IMG/VR virus record: IMGVR_UViG_3300049259_000212
Origin: an uncultured virus (IMG/VR IMGVR_UViG_3300049259_000212)
Lineage: Duplodnaviria > Heunggongvirae > Uroviricota > Caudoviricetes
Length of the DNA stretch: 64,000 nt
Direction: 5' to 3' (one strand)
Shown: in pieces, positions 41,691 through 54,576 of the stretch
How positions within the stretch are numbered: the first letter of the stretch is position 1
Layout of the letters: each line of letters begins with the position of its first letter
Notes under the pieces: generated by a model
Seen by the model: only the letters and a program-made list of their open reading frames with translations
Told to the model about the DNA's origin: nothing
The model's database searches: none
Translations under genes and position numbers: made by a program

Positions 41691-42119
41691 GTGACAAACG
41701 TGAAAGAGATGTCTCGCGATCAACGTCAGCAGCTGGTGACGGAGTGGGCGCAGAGCGCCTTCGGCCGTGAGGAAGCGACGAGCCTCCCCCAGCGAGGCAT
41801 CCGACTCCTAGAGGAAGCGATTGAAGCGTTTCAAGCGTGCGGCGGTGACGAGGATGTCGCGCACAAGCTCATCACGTTCGTGTTCGCGCGCCCTCCGGGC
41901 GCGATCGGCCAAGAGTTGGGCGGCGTCGCGGTGACCGTGCTTGCGCTTGCTGCCGCGGCTGGCGTATCCGCCGACGAAGAGGAATGTCGCGAGATTCAAC
42001 GCGTGCTCGACAAGCCTCTCAAAGAGATGGCAGAGCGCAACGCCAACAAAAACGCCGCGGGCTTTCGGGTCGTGGCTGCCACGCCCTGCAAACGGCCCCG
42101 AAAGGAACATGTGCGATGA
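41691..42119 (+). CDS. MazG-like nucleotide pyrophosphohydrolase-related protein
   Basis: RLLEEAIE..Q...G.I.QELGGV. Confidence 0.55.
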   Translation: MTNVKEMSRDQRQQLVTEWAQSAFGREEATSLPQRGIRLLEEAIEAFQACGGDEDVAHKLITFVFARPPGAIGQELGGVAVTVLALAAAAGVSADEEECREIQRVLDKPLKEMAERNANKNAAGFRVVAATPCKRPRKEHVR

Positions 42120-45100
42120 CCAAGATTCCAAGCCTCATCGATCAGCGGCGCCTTCATGACGGCGCCAAGGCTCTCGACGCGTCGAGCCCAGAGCCCACGT
42201 CGGCAAAAGAGATCCGCGAGCAGCTGGAGCTCGTCAACGCGGGCATCGCAGCGCTGCAATCGCTTGATGATCTGGGGCCAGAGGCGAACGCGCGCGCTGA
42301 GCACGATCAATGGGAGCTGTGGAAGAGGTTGCGTGCGCTCGAGAGGCGACTCGTCATCATGGAAGCGACGGAGAACTAGCGTGCGACGAAGAATTCAGAT
42401 TAACCCTCGTCACATCGACCGCCTTGAAGACGTGACAGCGAAGCTCCTCAGCTACGACAGCGAGGCTCCGCTTGCGCACGGAGCGCTCTATGACGATCCG
42501 CTCTGGCGCGCCTATCTTGCATCGCGGGAAGCGCTCGAAACGCTGGAGCATGCGGTGATCGCGCATTTGCGCGGTGAGCCCTACGACGAAGTTGAAAAGC
42601 GAGCTGTCGCTGACTTCGAACGCGTCTGCGTAGACGAGGTTGATCCTGAGATGGGCGTCTCGTTCAAAGCAATCGAAGCGCGCGTTATCACCCACGCAGA
42701 AGATCTCTACAGAAATGGAGAATTTCCTCGATGAGTGTCGACCGTGAACAAAGCCTGCGAATCCTCGACAACGCGCTATGGCGCATCGCGCATCGTGGAG
42801 ATTGCGAATACCTCGACGAAACAGAGAAGTCGTCAACGCCTTGTGAATGCCCGCGGTGCCTCGCGATCGTGGCGTTGGAAGCTTCCAAGAATTGGCGCTT
42901 CCAAGGTTCGCACCACACACGCACGCAGGCGGATGAGTGGCCTCGCGAGAAGAAGATGCAGACCGCGTGGATGAAGCTGGCCCTCAGCAATCAGGGAGGT
43001 CCAGATCATCTCCTGTCACGAGGAATCCTCAACGAAGTAACCGCTCCGAGCGCCCGGGACTGGTATGTCGCGACATCGGTGATCCAGTGGCTTGCCACCA
43101 ATGTCGGAATGACCGTGCTTGAGGGGGCAGGGTTCAAGTACCAGCAGTGGGAGCAGGACGCGGCAACGGGGCCGTTGTTTAATCGGCGACAAGAACGCGA
43201 ACAGCCTCGCGTCGCGGTTGGTGAGTACAGCACCTCAGAACCGTATCGCTGCAACATGCGGATGTGCGGCGATTCAGGTGTTTGCGAAAACTGCCGCAAA
43301 CGAGGTACCCGATGAAGGACGACGATTCCAAAAAAACACTGACCTCCGAAGAGAGTAGGGAACGTCTCAAGACCGCCACGATCACTCCCGCGCCTTCGAC
43401 GGCGTTGGAGAGCTTCACCCCGTACGTTGATCGGATCATGGGAGCAATCACGGCAATCACGGGCATCAAAGGCGCGTGGATTTTGGATCCCAGCTGTCTC
43501 TCCGACTTCTCGATTGACGCCGAGGACGCTGCGAAAATCGGAGTGATTTTGGGGGTGTCGATCGATCTTGATGATGCCAACGACAACTACATCGTCAAGC
43601 CGGCTGCGCGATTGAGCCGTGAAGGAGCCACGGCGTGAAGAGCACAACGCCGCAAAAGGACGAGCGCGTAACCTGTCGAGCCTGTGATGCCGGGCTGCCG
43701 CTGGTGTGGAGCGTCCAATGCAAGCGGACGATGCATCTCGCGCAAGGGCTCTCCGTTACCTCATGTGCTCGCATCGACGATCAAGAGCGCCGAAGGAAGC
43801 TCGGATCATGAAGCAAAAGAAGCCGAAGAAGCTCACCGGCGCGCAGGAGCTGATTTTGAGCTTTGCAAACGCCGCGAAGGAGAACCCGAACTGGCACGGC
43901 ATCTGTCCTCGACGAGGGCAGCACGGTGTGTTTCGACTGCTCGCTGCGGAAGGCTTGTTGCGCGAAGTGGGATGGGGAGTTGATGACCATGATCATTCCC
44001 ACGACGTGCTTCTTTACGTGATCACGAAGGCCGGCCAGAAGGCTCTCAAGGCACTGACTCGATGAGCGGCTTCCACACGGCTACGCTCTGTTCTGTTTGC
44101 GATCCGCCTGTCGTCGCTGTTTCGACAGGCTACGGATCGCGGTGTCCGCGGTGCGGACAAACGGATGAGGGTTCTGCCGATCAGAGAAAGCTCCAAGCAG
44201 AGATCTCCAACAACGAGATCGCTCGTCAGATTATCAAAGAGACCTCGGTTCGATCGGACTCCGATGCACGGCTGCTTGCTGATATCGCGCTGCGGCTGCT
44301 GAAGCTCTCCGTGGGAACGACCTGTCCTCATTGCCAGCTCGGCGAACCGAGTGTGTGGGATGCGGATCTGGAGCATTACGCGCATCCCAGGACCAACGAT
44401 AAGCTGGTGATGTGTCACGAGCCTTGGCGCTTGCGCTGCACGCGTTGTAGTGCAGGCCTTTCGTCAATGCATTCGTCTTGCGCGGAGTGCACTTGAGGCA
44501 CGAAACGGCACGAGGCGTGCCGATCGGGGTTACGAATCAATCCTGATCCCGAGACATCGTTGCGCACGTCGATCTGGATTTCATGCTTTTGGAAAGGTCC
44601 CGCCGAAGGCGCGGAGTTCGTTCACACGTACAAGCTGGAGGATACGGATGAGTAGAGTTGTGCGGGCATTCACCGTGTGGCAGAAAGACCGCCCCGACAC
44701 CTCGCGTGAGTTGTTGGCGCTGAACGCGCCGCAAGCGGCGGAGCAGCAGGCGCGCGAAGACTATCAAGATCCGAGCTGGCGTGCCGGGACGACATACCGT
44801 GTTCGTGATGCAGCGACAGGCGTTCTGTGCGAGGCGTCCGTCTTCGTTAAGTCTGAGCCGTCCTTCGTGGCACGTCTTCTACGCGTGATCGAGATACCTT
44901 CCATGACGCATGTGCTGTGGGGCGCCCGGGTCCTATGCGAGGATCTTAGGTTGCGCGGTGTCCCGGCAGAATGGCCCGAGGCGCAGCGCTGGATGTCGCT
45001 CAAAGACGTCGCGGATGGAGTACCCGCGCCGTCTGATCGTTGCGAAGACTGTTGGTCGAAGGCATTAGAGCTTATCGACGAATCGCGGCATTTTGGAAAG

Positions 45101-45211
45101 GAGTTCTGAGCAGCGATTCCTGAGCCGCGATTGCGGTGAAACCGCGCGCGATGGATTGCGTAGCAAACCGTTACGTTACCGACCGCGGTTGCGAGATACG
45201 GCAAGAATGGA

Positions 45212-45655
45212 TCACTGTTTCGGACAACCAAGCGCTGATCGAGCCCTCGACACGTCCTCCGTGCTCATGACGCCGCCTTCCCAGTACATCAGGGCGCCGG
45301 GCGTCTTGCTGTGGCTAAGACCGAAGGCATGGCCGAGTTCGTGCTCGATCTCCATCTCGTGGCCAGGCACAACGGGACCTTTCACGTTGATGCGATGCGC
45401 ATTCTCTGCTGCCGCGAAGCGCTCATCAGAGTCCCAACCTGCGGGATCTACGAGGACGATCGGGTTGCCTGTGTTTCCGGTCGTATCTACCTTGTAGGGG
45501 AATGGACAGTCAGATCCCAGCGCTTTGCGCCACGCGTCGATGGCACGTGTGACTTCGGCGTCCCAGCCGACGGGACCGTTGGATCGAATCGTGGATCCTT
45601 TGGGCCAGGCGTTACTGCATCCAGTCAGAAGTAGAGCGAGGAAAAGTGCACGCAT
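45212..45655 (-). CDS. matrixin-like (M10) zinc metalloprotease, lipoprotein
   Basis: lipobox LLTGC; HELGHAFGLSH...ALM. Confidence 0.85.
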   Translation of the reverse strand: MRALFLALLLTGCSNAWPKGSTIRSNGPVGWDAEVTRAIDAWRKALGSDCPFPYKVDTTGNTGNPIVLVDPAGWDSDERFAAAENAHRINVKGPVVPGHEMEIEHELGHAFGLSHSKTPGALMYWEGGVMSTEDVSRARSALGCPKQ

Positions 45656-46761
45656 GCGGTGATGATATCTGAGCAAGCATCCCGCAGATCATCACCTTGA
45701 CGAAGAGGGTCGGATGCATGACAATAGCCTCTGAATGCCCCGTGAGCTTCGCGACTACCAAATGACGATTCGGATCTCGACGCGGCTCCATCAGGCGCTC
45801 GAAAAACAGGCCGATGTAGAGCGTCGTTCGATCGCGGACGTCGTGAACAACGTGCTCGAGAAGGTGTACCCGCGGCCGGAGCGTCCCCGTTGATGGGCAA
45901 GATCCGCCCGCGTTCTCGCAGCAAACGAGCACCGAGTGAATTGGCCGGGCCCTTGCGCAAAGTCGTTTACATCTTCGAACGCGATGGTGAACGTGGTGGT
46001 GGCATTTGGTGGCTCGTACTGGAGTGTGGTCATTCCGTTGCGCGCAAGCGCTATGTCGGAGGGCCCGGCGCTTCGCCAATGATCCACCTGCTGTTCCGAC
46101 CCTTGGAAGAGAAGCTCGCGCCCAAGCGCTGTCAATGCTTCTACTGCGCTGCGGGGCACGACAAGATTGATCCGTGGATCACGATCAATGCGTTCGGAGG
46201 GCCAACATCATGAGCAGCGATCGTCGATTCCTTGTCGTTGATCTGGGAACCCAGATCGACGCTCATCGCCGATTCACTGTGTGGGACTTCACGACCTCGC
46301 GGTTCTGGAAGATCAACAACCGACAAACATGGCGATCCGTCACGGAGCTCGTCGAGGACTTTTCCGCGTTGACGCCCGAAGAGAAGTTCCGTGCCGGCTT
46401 TCTCGCGCAGCGTGACGAGATCGCAACACTGGCGACAATTCTAGGATTCGACGATGAGTAAACGCATTCAGCTCCCTGGGAGTTCTACGCGGAGGATCCG
46501 CCGTTGACCGAAGCCGACATGAAAATCATTCGAGTCAATCTAACCTCGTGCGACTTCGTTGGTGACATGGGCTGCACGGAGCCGACATGCTGGCAATGTC
46601 ATTCGCCGATCGGCCCGCGAAACTTGGCGTGCCTCGCCAAGAACCTGGGAATCGCGGGAATGCTTTGTCATTCATGGACTTCGCGCGCTGCCGATCCCGC
46701 GTGGAGTCCAGGCTGTCAGCGCGCTGTTGTGAAACTGCAAACAACCTGATAGACGTTTCGG

Positions 46762-46947
46762 GTGTTCGAGCCCAAGCGTGCCGCGAAAGAAAGCCTCAAG
46801 ACGTACATCGGAGCGCGTGTCACCGACGCGGAAGACAAGTGGCTTCATGAAGAGATGAAGCGCCGGAAGCTGACGATGAGCGATCTGATTCGTGCCGCGC
46901 TTCAAACGCTGCACTCCCCGCGCCCCACGAAAGCGCGAGTGTCGTGA
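46762..46947 (+). CDS. ribbon-helix-helix DNA-binding protein
   Basis: IGARVTDAE..WL....R..TMSDLIRAAL. Confidence 0.55.
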   Translation: MFEPKRAAKESLKTYIGARVTDAEDKWLHEEMKRRKLTMSDLIRAALQTLHSPRPTKARVS

Positions 46948-49900
46948 AGCGGACCGAATTCAGCGGGGTGTCGTCGCGGCGGCGGACGTCGCGTCGATGT
47001 ACGACGGCTCTTCAACGCACGGATATCGACTCGGTGACTGTATCTTGGCAAAGCTCAACGTCGGGACGCGGAGAAAGCCTCGACGCAACGGCCAGGTGCA
47101 ACGTCGTGAGAGCGACGCGAACTCGTAGCGCAGGTCTGACGATCGGCGTTGCGAGTGCCGTAGGCGTGTCGGACTACGACCTCAAAGAACTGAAGCGCGC
47201 AGGAGTGAAATAGTCATGGCCAATCGAACCCCTGAACAGCTCAGCAACATTGCCACGCGATCGACGAAAGAGCACCAGCTCGAGATCGCCAAGAAGTGGG
47301 GCATTCCTGCGGACGTTCTCGCCGGGGCCACATTCGGCTTGGGCGTGACGATGATGTTCGAGAGCGGTCACTCCGAAGATCAGATTATCGAGATGCTTCG
47401 AGGCGTGATGAGCGATCTGACGGGTTCTCCAACCCGTCGAGGTGCCTCGTGAAGAAAACGACTCCGAAGGCGAAGAAGAGGGCTTTTGATCATCAATGCG
47501 ATTGGCGTGAAGCTGCGCTAAAGCTCGCGAAGTGCGTTGTCGCGACGATCAAGACGGGCGGCAAAATCGGTATGGGAACCGGCATGGTGATGAAGGAAGT
47601 TGAGGGAAAAACCGTCATCGAACGTTGGGACAAGGACTTCATCGAAGCGCTGGAGTTCATCGGTCTCGAAGTCGTCGATGTGAAGCCGAAGAAAAAGCCG
47701 GCGAAGTTCTCTGCCGTCCTGAATAAGGTCGTCGCCGAAGGCAATTCCCCGACGCCGATGAAGCGCTACAGGCGCGCGTAGCGATGACCGGCACCGTTCT
47801 CATCGACGATCGCAGCGCACTACACGTGATTCCACGTGCAGAGGTGCGTCATGCGGAAGTCGCTGCTCTCGGCAACGACGGCTGGGCGCTGAAATATCAG
47901 CTCGTGGGCACGGTCGTTGTGCGCTCGATTGAGTGGAAAGGCGAATCACGTCCGCTTTCGCTCAAGGGTAAAATCGAGATTGGCGCGTACAACCAGGCCG
48001 CGGCCCAATCCATGATGACGATGGTGACGCGGGGCCTGGACGATCTTCATTTGGAACGGCGCTCTGACAATGTGTTCTTGGTTCGATCCGGCCTCATCGA
48101 GAACGATGCCCGCGTCGTCCTGTGTCGAGACTTCATTGCCAAGACGGCCGTGGCCCTGCTGTACGCCGCGGAAGCGACGCAGGACGGGCTTCTCCGTCAG
48201 AAAGCGCTTCTCCGTCAGATGTACGAGGCCGCGCATGATTTGACATTGCCGGAGAACTTCACCGCGGTGAATGAATGATGAAGGACAAGTTCCAGATCAC
48301 GGCTGGCAACCTTACCGGGCACGGTCTTTCGTTCGCGGTGTCGTCGTTTGGCGGTTCCAAGGGCGAGCTCGAAACAGCGCTCGCAGACGCTGCCGAGGCG
48401 ATCTATCGGCAAGGCTTCGAAGCTGCGCGCTTGTCGTACGACGATCGCTTTGATCTGGGGGCCGCGGTAGAGACGTTACGCGCGCTTTCCGTCATCGTGG
48501 GGCCGATCGGTGCTGGGGAGAGACACCGTCGTGCTGCTGACGCCATCGCGCAGCTGCTGGTGGATCAAGGCGGATGAGGTGAAGACGTTGAACATCCCCA
48601 ATGAGTGGCGGCTCGAACCGTTGGAGCGGTTTCCGAACTTCGCGTTGCTGACATCTCCCGCGCCCGAGCGCTACATGACGACGATCGACTTCCAGGCGCG
48701 AGGACTTCGATCCGGATACTGCACGTCTGGCCCGATGCTCGGGGAGCGCGGGGGCAATAAGCGGCCGATCTACGAAAAACGGGGCTGGAAGCAGAAGCTC
48801 GTAGATGCTGCGGTCGCGCATTTGCGTGACGTGATGAAGGAACTTCCGAGGAGCTCGAAATGACCGAAGCGAATACTGTCACTCCACCTGCCAAGCCTGC
48901 CGAACCGTCGACCGCGTTGTTGATGATGTGCGTCGAGTGCGGAGACGGCATGCAGATGCCTCTGCCTCTTGACATGCGGCGGCTGTCCTTTTTCCTCGCG
49001 CAAAATGCATGGTTTCCGTCAGTCGTTTCGCCGCCCAACCAAGGTGCAGAAGCTCCGATGGTGATCGCGCCCCTCTGCGCAGCGTGCGCGAAGAAGGTCT
49101 ACCCCGCGGAGATGTTCAAGGTGATCGAAGAGCGTCGACTTTCGCTCTTGAAAGCCGCGCAAGAAGCACTCGTCAAGCAAGGACCTCAAGGACCACGATG
49201 AGCCTTACTGCCGCAGAAAAGCGCGAGGTCGAGGCCGCAGGGTACACCGAACTTGCGGTATTCGCCGCGGCAATTCGCATGAAGGCGTGGCATAAGGAAG
49301 TCCCGTGAAGAAGACCGCAGCTCTTCTGATCTTCATGATGTTCTCCGGCATGGCAGGACTCGTTATGGGCCTGTATGTGGATCAACCTGGTACGGCGGCG
49401 GGAGGAGGAATCCTGTTTGGCCTCGGGCTCGGCTTCGCGTTCGGATACGGATCCGCGCTGACGGATGTGTGGTTAGCCGGGATGTGTCGTCGATTCAAAG
49501 ATGAGGGCGGAGCTGAGTGAACGATGACGAGTGGATGCGTCGTCGTAATCGCGCGATCGAGGTTTCGTTTCAGACGGGACGATCGGTGATTGCCGATTCG
49601 GAAGGTGTCCTCCGCTTCACGGATGGAGCGAAGGAAGACGTCTCCGTTCCCGCCGAGATTCCTGTACCTGCGCATCTTCTTCAAGGATCTCCGTATCGCG
49701 GGGTCGCGTGGAAACCATCCTACACTCCTCAAAAACGCCGCCGTGCTTATCGCGTGCATGTGGCGCAGCCTCCGCAATTTAAAAATGCCTCGAAGGCTGT
49801 TGCTCTGGAAGTGCTTTTACCCGCGCCCTCTTGGTGGCAGCGCGTGAAAACCTGGTTTCAGTGTGAACCAATCAACGCGAAGAAAGGAACCTAGCGATGG

Positions 49901-49964
49901 GAATCTTCAACAGCGTGATGGTGCCTTGTACTGCCTGCAACTGCATCGCGTTCGAGAGGGTCTC

Positions 49965-50687
49965 ATGAATCGCATCCAAGAAGTCTTCGGCACGTCACAC
50001 GTGCTCTTGCCTGTCATTCATCCGATCAATTCAGAGGCTGCACTCGCGGCTGTCCGCGTCGCCGTCGATGCGGGGGTACGTGGCGTGTTCTTGATCGATC
50101 AGGGCCTGTCCGAAGCGGGTCTTTTGCGGCTCGTGATTGCGATCCGCGCACTGCATCCGACGCTGTGGCTCGGCCTCAACCTGCTTTCGCGAACGCCGTC
50201 AGAAACGCTCTCGCTTGCATTGAGGGAGTGCGATGGCATCGACGGCATTTGGGCCGACAACGCAGGCGTCGACGAACGTGCAGACGCGAATCCGAAGCAA
50301 CTCGCCGCAAGCGCATTCGAGATTGCGCGGTGCTTGGTCGGGTGGAGGGGCCTGTACTTTGGGGGCGTTGCCTTTAAGTATACGCGCGAGGTCGCGGCGG
50401 AGGATCTTGCGACAGCTGCGATGCGGAGCTCGCCATTCATGGACGTTCTTTGTACGAGCGGCGCTGCGACGGGGCAAGCGGCGTCTATCGAGAAGGTTCG
50501 GGCCCTCCGTGAAGGTCTTGGCGATCACGCGATGGCACTCGCTTCTGGGGTGACTCCGTCGAATGTGCGGAGTTACATGTGGTACGTGCAGGCGTTTCTC
50601 GTCGGAACGGGCATCGAGAGACAGCTAGGCGTCCTCGATCCCACGAAGATTGCAGCGCTGCAAGACGCGATGAAAGAGGCGCTATGA
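49965..50687 (+). CDS. BtpA/SgcQ family TIM-barrel protein
   Basis: LLPVIH, GLNLL, FGGVAFKY, TSG.ATG, ALASGVT..N, FLVGT. Confidence 0.8.
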   Translation: MNRIQEVFGTSHVLLPVIHPINSEAALAAVRVAVDAGVRGVFLIDQGLSEAGLLRLVIAIRALHPTLWLGLNLLSRTPSETLSLALRECDGIDGIWADNAGVDERADANPKQLAASAFEIARCLVGWRGLYFGGVAFKYTREVAAEDLATAAMRSSPFMDVLCTSGAATGQAASIEKVRALREGLGDHAMALASGVTPSNVRSYMWYVQAFLVGTGIERQLGVLDPTKIAALQDAMKEAL

Positions 50688-51501
50688 AAACGTGGCCTAA
50701 GGCTGGAAACAGTGTCGACTTCGAAAGTCTGACAGCGCCGCTGGCCCAATGGCTGCGAACGCATGCGCAGGGTGTTATCGAGAAGTACGATGGATTGCCG
50801 TTGGGCGAGATCGAATCAGCCGGCTGCTTGCAGCCCGCTGATGCTCTTACCCAAGAGTCGCTTGACTACAACAGGACGCATCAGGGCCGTGACGCATTCG
50901 ACACGGTCATCGGACTTGCCGTTCAACTTGGCATCGAACAGGGCCGTCGACTATCAGCGAGGAATCGATGAAGTGGAAGCAAGGCCCCTGGGATCATTTC
51001 GGCCGTTGCGGCCATCTGTACGTCCGCATCGAGGCGCACTCTGAAACAGAGTTCTCGTGGTTCATTGAGCCCGATAACGAGGACAAGTCCTATCGGCGCG
51101 CGCTCGTCGAGGGCAATGCCGCATCCCTCGATGAAGCAAAGAGCCAGGTTCTCAAAGCGTGCGGAAAACTGGTCAGGGCAATGCAGCGGGACATGTTGGA
51201 GGACGTTCATGCGTAAGAAGAAACCATCGGCAAGCGCGTTCAAGCACTGTGATGACTACATCGACGATCCGACGGCTCCCGCGGCGCTTCGGGCCTTTCT
51301 TGAGGTTGCTCGATCGCCAGCGCATGGACTGACGCAGGCAGAGCCCCATCCGAAGCTCTTCGCGGATCATCAGGGCGCTCGTGTTCGCGTCACGATGGCA
51401 TCGCGGCTCGGCATCGTTGGTATTACGAAGCATCTCGATAGCGATACGGGCTACGACACCCGCGTGCCCGTGGATCAGCTCAGCAACTTCTCGGAGACCC
51501 C

Positions 51502-51846
51502 ATGACGACCTACACGCTCGAGGAATGGACTGCCAAAGGGATCGAGTTATTCGGCGAGGATCGGCTGCGCTGGAAGTTCGTATGCCCAGTGTGTGCGCAC
51601 GTGACGCTCGTGCAGGACTGGAAAGACGCGGGCGCTCCTGTAGAAGCCGCCGCGTTTTCGTGTGTCGGACGCTGGAGCACGCCGAATCCAGTGGTCGCGT
51701 TCGGGAACACGGGGCCCAACGGAATCCGGGGCAAAGGCCCTTGCAACTACGCAGGTGGAGGTCTTTTTGGCCTCAATCCAATCACGGTGACCCATGCCGA
51801 TGGGCACTCGACGCAAACCTTCGCCTTCGCAGAGGAGATCCTATGA
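51502..51846 (+). CDS. VVA0879-like Cys-rich phage protein
   Basis: W...G.ELFG.D...WKFVCP.C.H...SCVGR...C.YA.GGLF. Confidence 0.7.
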   Translation: MTTYTLEEWTAKGIELFGEDRLRWKFVCPVCAHVTLVQDWKDAGAPVEAAAFSCVGRWSTPNPVVAFGNTGPNGIRGKGPCNYAGGGLFGLNPITVTHADGHSTQTFAFAEEIL

Positions 51847-52147
51847 GGAACACGCAAACAGACACTGACAGAGATCGCATTCTCAATAACAAGGATCTTG
51901 AAGCCGCTCGTCAGTGTGGCGCTCAAGAGTGGCGGATTCGAATGTTGGGCGTGGATCCGGCTAGACTAACGATTGCGCGGCGGGAATTGCTTTTGCTCCT
52001 CAAAGCAAAAGCTTCAATCGACACGAAGCGCAGCACCGCTAAACAACTTCGCGCTTTAGAAAGCCTTGGACTTGTTAGCGCAGGAGCATCGCGTATCGCT
52101 CTTTCGCCGCTCGGCTTTGCGATCGCGAATGAGCTTGGAGGGGTTCC

Positions 52148-52888
52148 ATGACGCGAAACATTCCTGGTCACGTGCATTCGTTCGAGGTCACCAAGACGAG
52201 CGCGCAGGCAGTTACGTTCCATCTGCGTCCGTCGCCGCTCGCACGCGATGGCTGCGCCTACCACGCAGGTGGCTGGGCACTCGCGACGGTGAACAATGAG
52301 ACGGGCGAGTTCGCGATCCAGAGTGACTGGGGAAACTGGGCGTACCGCTGGAACGTTCATCATCTGGGTGACAACACGTCTTTGATCAAGTTCATTGCCG
52401 ATCGTGATGCGGGGCATTGCGACTACATCGCGAACAAGCTGGCGCCGCGTAGCGAAGCGTACGAATTCGACGCGGAAGAGACAGTGCGTGAGATGCGGCA
52501 GCGCCTCTGCGAGCGTCGGTTGGAGGCTGGACGCGCGATCATCGAAAACTTCGACGAGGAAGAGTCGGACGCACCGCGGCCCCGCATCTACGATTATCGG
52601 CCGGCATGGATCGATTCCGTCGAAGTCCGATCTGGCTGGGACCGATCGGTGAAGTGGCCCTTCGATGGTCCGACTGTGCGCGGGGTGTACGATCGTCTTG
52701 AAACGCTGTTGTCCATCGACGACGGTCGTGCCTTCGTCGAGGCTTTCTTCGAGATCGAAGGTTATCAGATGGTGACTCAAGAACCGTGGGAGATGACCCG
52801 AACCTCTCCTTCGTCCGCCTACCAGCAACTTCTTCACGGCATCCTACCCGCTGTCGTAGAGGCGTGCAGAAAGCATGTGTCCGCGTGA
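52148..52888 (+). CDS. hypothetical phage protein
   Basis: 246-aa ORF, I.SDWGNWAY.W...DYIA.KL; GGAGG RBS. Confidence 0.65.
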   Translation: MTRNIPGHVHSFEVTKTSAQAVTFHLRPSPLARDGCAYHAGGWALATVNNETGEFAIQSDWGNWAYRWNVHHLGDNTSLIKFIADRDAGHCDYIANKLAPRSEAYEFDAEETVREMRQRLCERRLEAGRAIIENFDEEESDAPRPRIYDYRPAWIDSVEVRSGWDRSVKWPFDGPTVRGVYDRLETLLSIDDGRAFVEAFFEIEGYQMVTQEPWEMTRTSPSSAYQQLLHGILPAVVEACRKHVSA

Positions 52889-53195
52889 AGCTCGGGCGTG
52901 AATTGTCGGTGCGTGAACAGATCGATCTCTTGAATGCGGGTCTCAAGCGCGTCGAGGGGATCATGAGCGCATATCTTGTCGTGGAAGGCGACTTGATCAC
53001 GCGAGGAATCAAAAACGAACAGGACGGCCCTGCCTTTGTTCGAGCGCAGACGGAACGGATCTTCGCAGAGCTGTCGATGATCCAAGACTCGATCGATCAA
53101 GCGCGCTCGCGCTGTCCGCATTCCTACCTGCTTGCTGGTGACATGTCCAAGGCGGCTCCGCGCTGCGTGCACTGTGACGTTGTCAAGCGGACCAT

Positions 53196-53501
53196 ATGAG
53201 CGTCTATGTCGACAAAGCGCGGAATGGCTACCGGAACATGGTGATGTGTCACATGATCGCGGACACGTTCGACGAGCTGCACACGATGGCCGAGACGATC
53301 GGTGTCGAGCGGCGTTGGTTCCAGCCGAGTCCGCCGTACAGCTTCCCGCACTACGACATCGCACTGACGAAGCGAAAGCTCGCGATTCAGAATGGCGCGA
53401 TCGAGTGCGAGCGCAAAACGTTCGGCGAGTACATGCGCCGCATGCGGCCGGTGTTCGGGATCTACGGCCCCGGGAATCCTGCGCCGCGAGGTGAACCATG
53501 A
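53196..53501 (+). CDS. DUF4031 family protein
   Basis: MSVYVD...MCHMIADT.DELH.MA..IG..RRWFQ...PHYDI. Confidence 0.85.
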   Translation: MSVYVDKARNGYRNMVMCHMIADTFDELHTMAETIGVERRWFQPSPPYSFPHYDIALTKRKLAIQNGAIECERKTFGEYMRRMRPVFGIYGPGNPAPRGEP

Positions 53502-54127
53502 AGCCCTTTCCCGTTGCTCCGCCGCTTCCCGAGTGCGGAGCGAAAGACTGCGCGCGCGTCGCGGATCCTCGTTGGTACGCACATGGTCACGACGGCAAGT
53601 CCCAAATGATCTGTGACGGTCATCCAGGTACGCCCTGCGAGGCCGGAGGAATCGTTGGATTTTCAGGAACGATTGAACTAGATCCTCCACGCGGGACCTG
53701 CACGTGTCCACCAATGAAAGAAGGATGAGATGGCCCTCGGTCCTGCGGCTCAAACCTATCTAGATCACTTCGAACAGTGGAACTCTGAGGGATCCACCAT
53801 GCGTGATTTGTGGGAAACCTGTTCGCCCCAAGAGCGCGATGAGATCCGTGCCGAGTTGCGTGAACGCACGCACAAGAGCCACGCGCGTCATGCTGAGGGC
53901 ATTCTTCGCAACCTGCCGAAGCAATGGAGAGATGCTGTGATTGCAAGTTGCAAGGACTTGCCCTAAGGAGAAGGTCCCAAGCGAAAGCTTTCGCGCGCGA
54001 CGTTGGCGGCGAAGTCTGTCACTGGCGCCGCGAGCTCACGGCTCGCTACGGCGCTACGGCGCTACGGCGGACAGAAGTATCGAGGCCCTTGGAGGAACTA
54101 CGCTGCGCTTCGCCCGCTTTCCTGGCT

Positions 54128-54412
54128 CTAGGCCGCGGGCGTTGCAGCTGGAACCGGCGTCGATGTCGGTGTAGACGTCGACGTCGAATTGGTCGTCGCG
54201 GCCTGCTCCGGATCCGCGGTGCCGCCCTTGAGGATCTGCACCGCGCCGGTGACGCTCTTACCAGCGGTATACGTCACGAAGATCCACTTCGAGTACGTCA
54301 GGTAGTCGGCCGATGGAATGCGGCCGAGACCCGCGAGGATGCCCGCGGCGATCACGAGCAAGATGGTCAGGATGCCGCGTTCGGACTTGAAGAGATCGGT
54401 GATTGCGCTCAT
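54128..54412 (-). CDS. holin-like membrane protein
   Basis: small protein with two hydrophobic segments, downstream of the endolysin candidate. Confidence 0.5.
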   Translation of the reverse strand: MSAITDLFKSERGILTILLVIAAGILAGLGRIPSADYLTYSKWIFVTYTAGKSVTGAVQILKGGTADPEQAATTNSTSTSTPTSTPVPAATPAA

Positions 54413-54576
54413 AGCGGACTAGTTTCGACAAAACGCTCCAGCACGGCAAGAAATCGGCTGTGAGGGCGATATCTCTCGCATCAGAGTGCGTTGCGAGGCA
54501 CACTCTGCGCTCGCTCAGCTACTTCGCGTAGACCGAGTTCGGGAGCCGTTAGTTGAAAAAACTGGCGGCTTTCGCT

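Larger units (their letters stand above)
39432..53966 (+). other. long run of mostly plus-strand small hypothetical phage ORFs
   Basis: dense 60-270 aa ORFs with ATGA/GTGA overlaps and GGAG RBSs. Confidence 0.7.

Noticed and set aside
54045..54069. Short tandem repeat (CGCTACGG x3)
   Set aside because: Too short; no functional context beyond a convergent intergenic gap.
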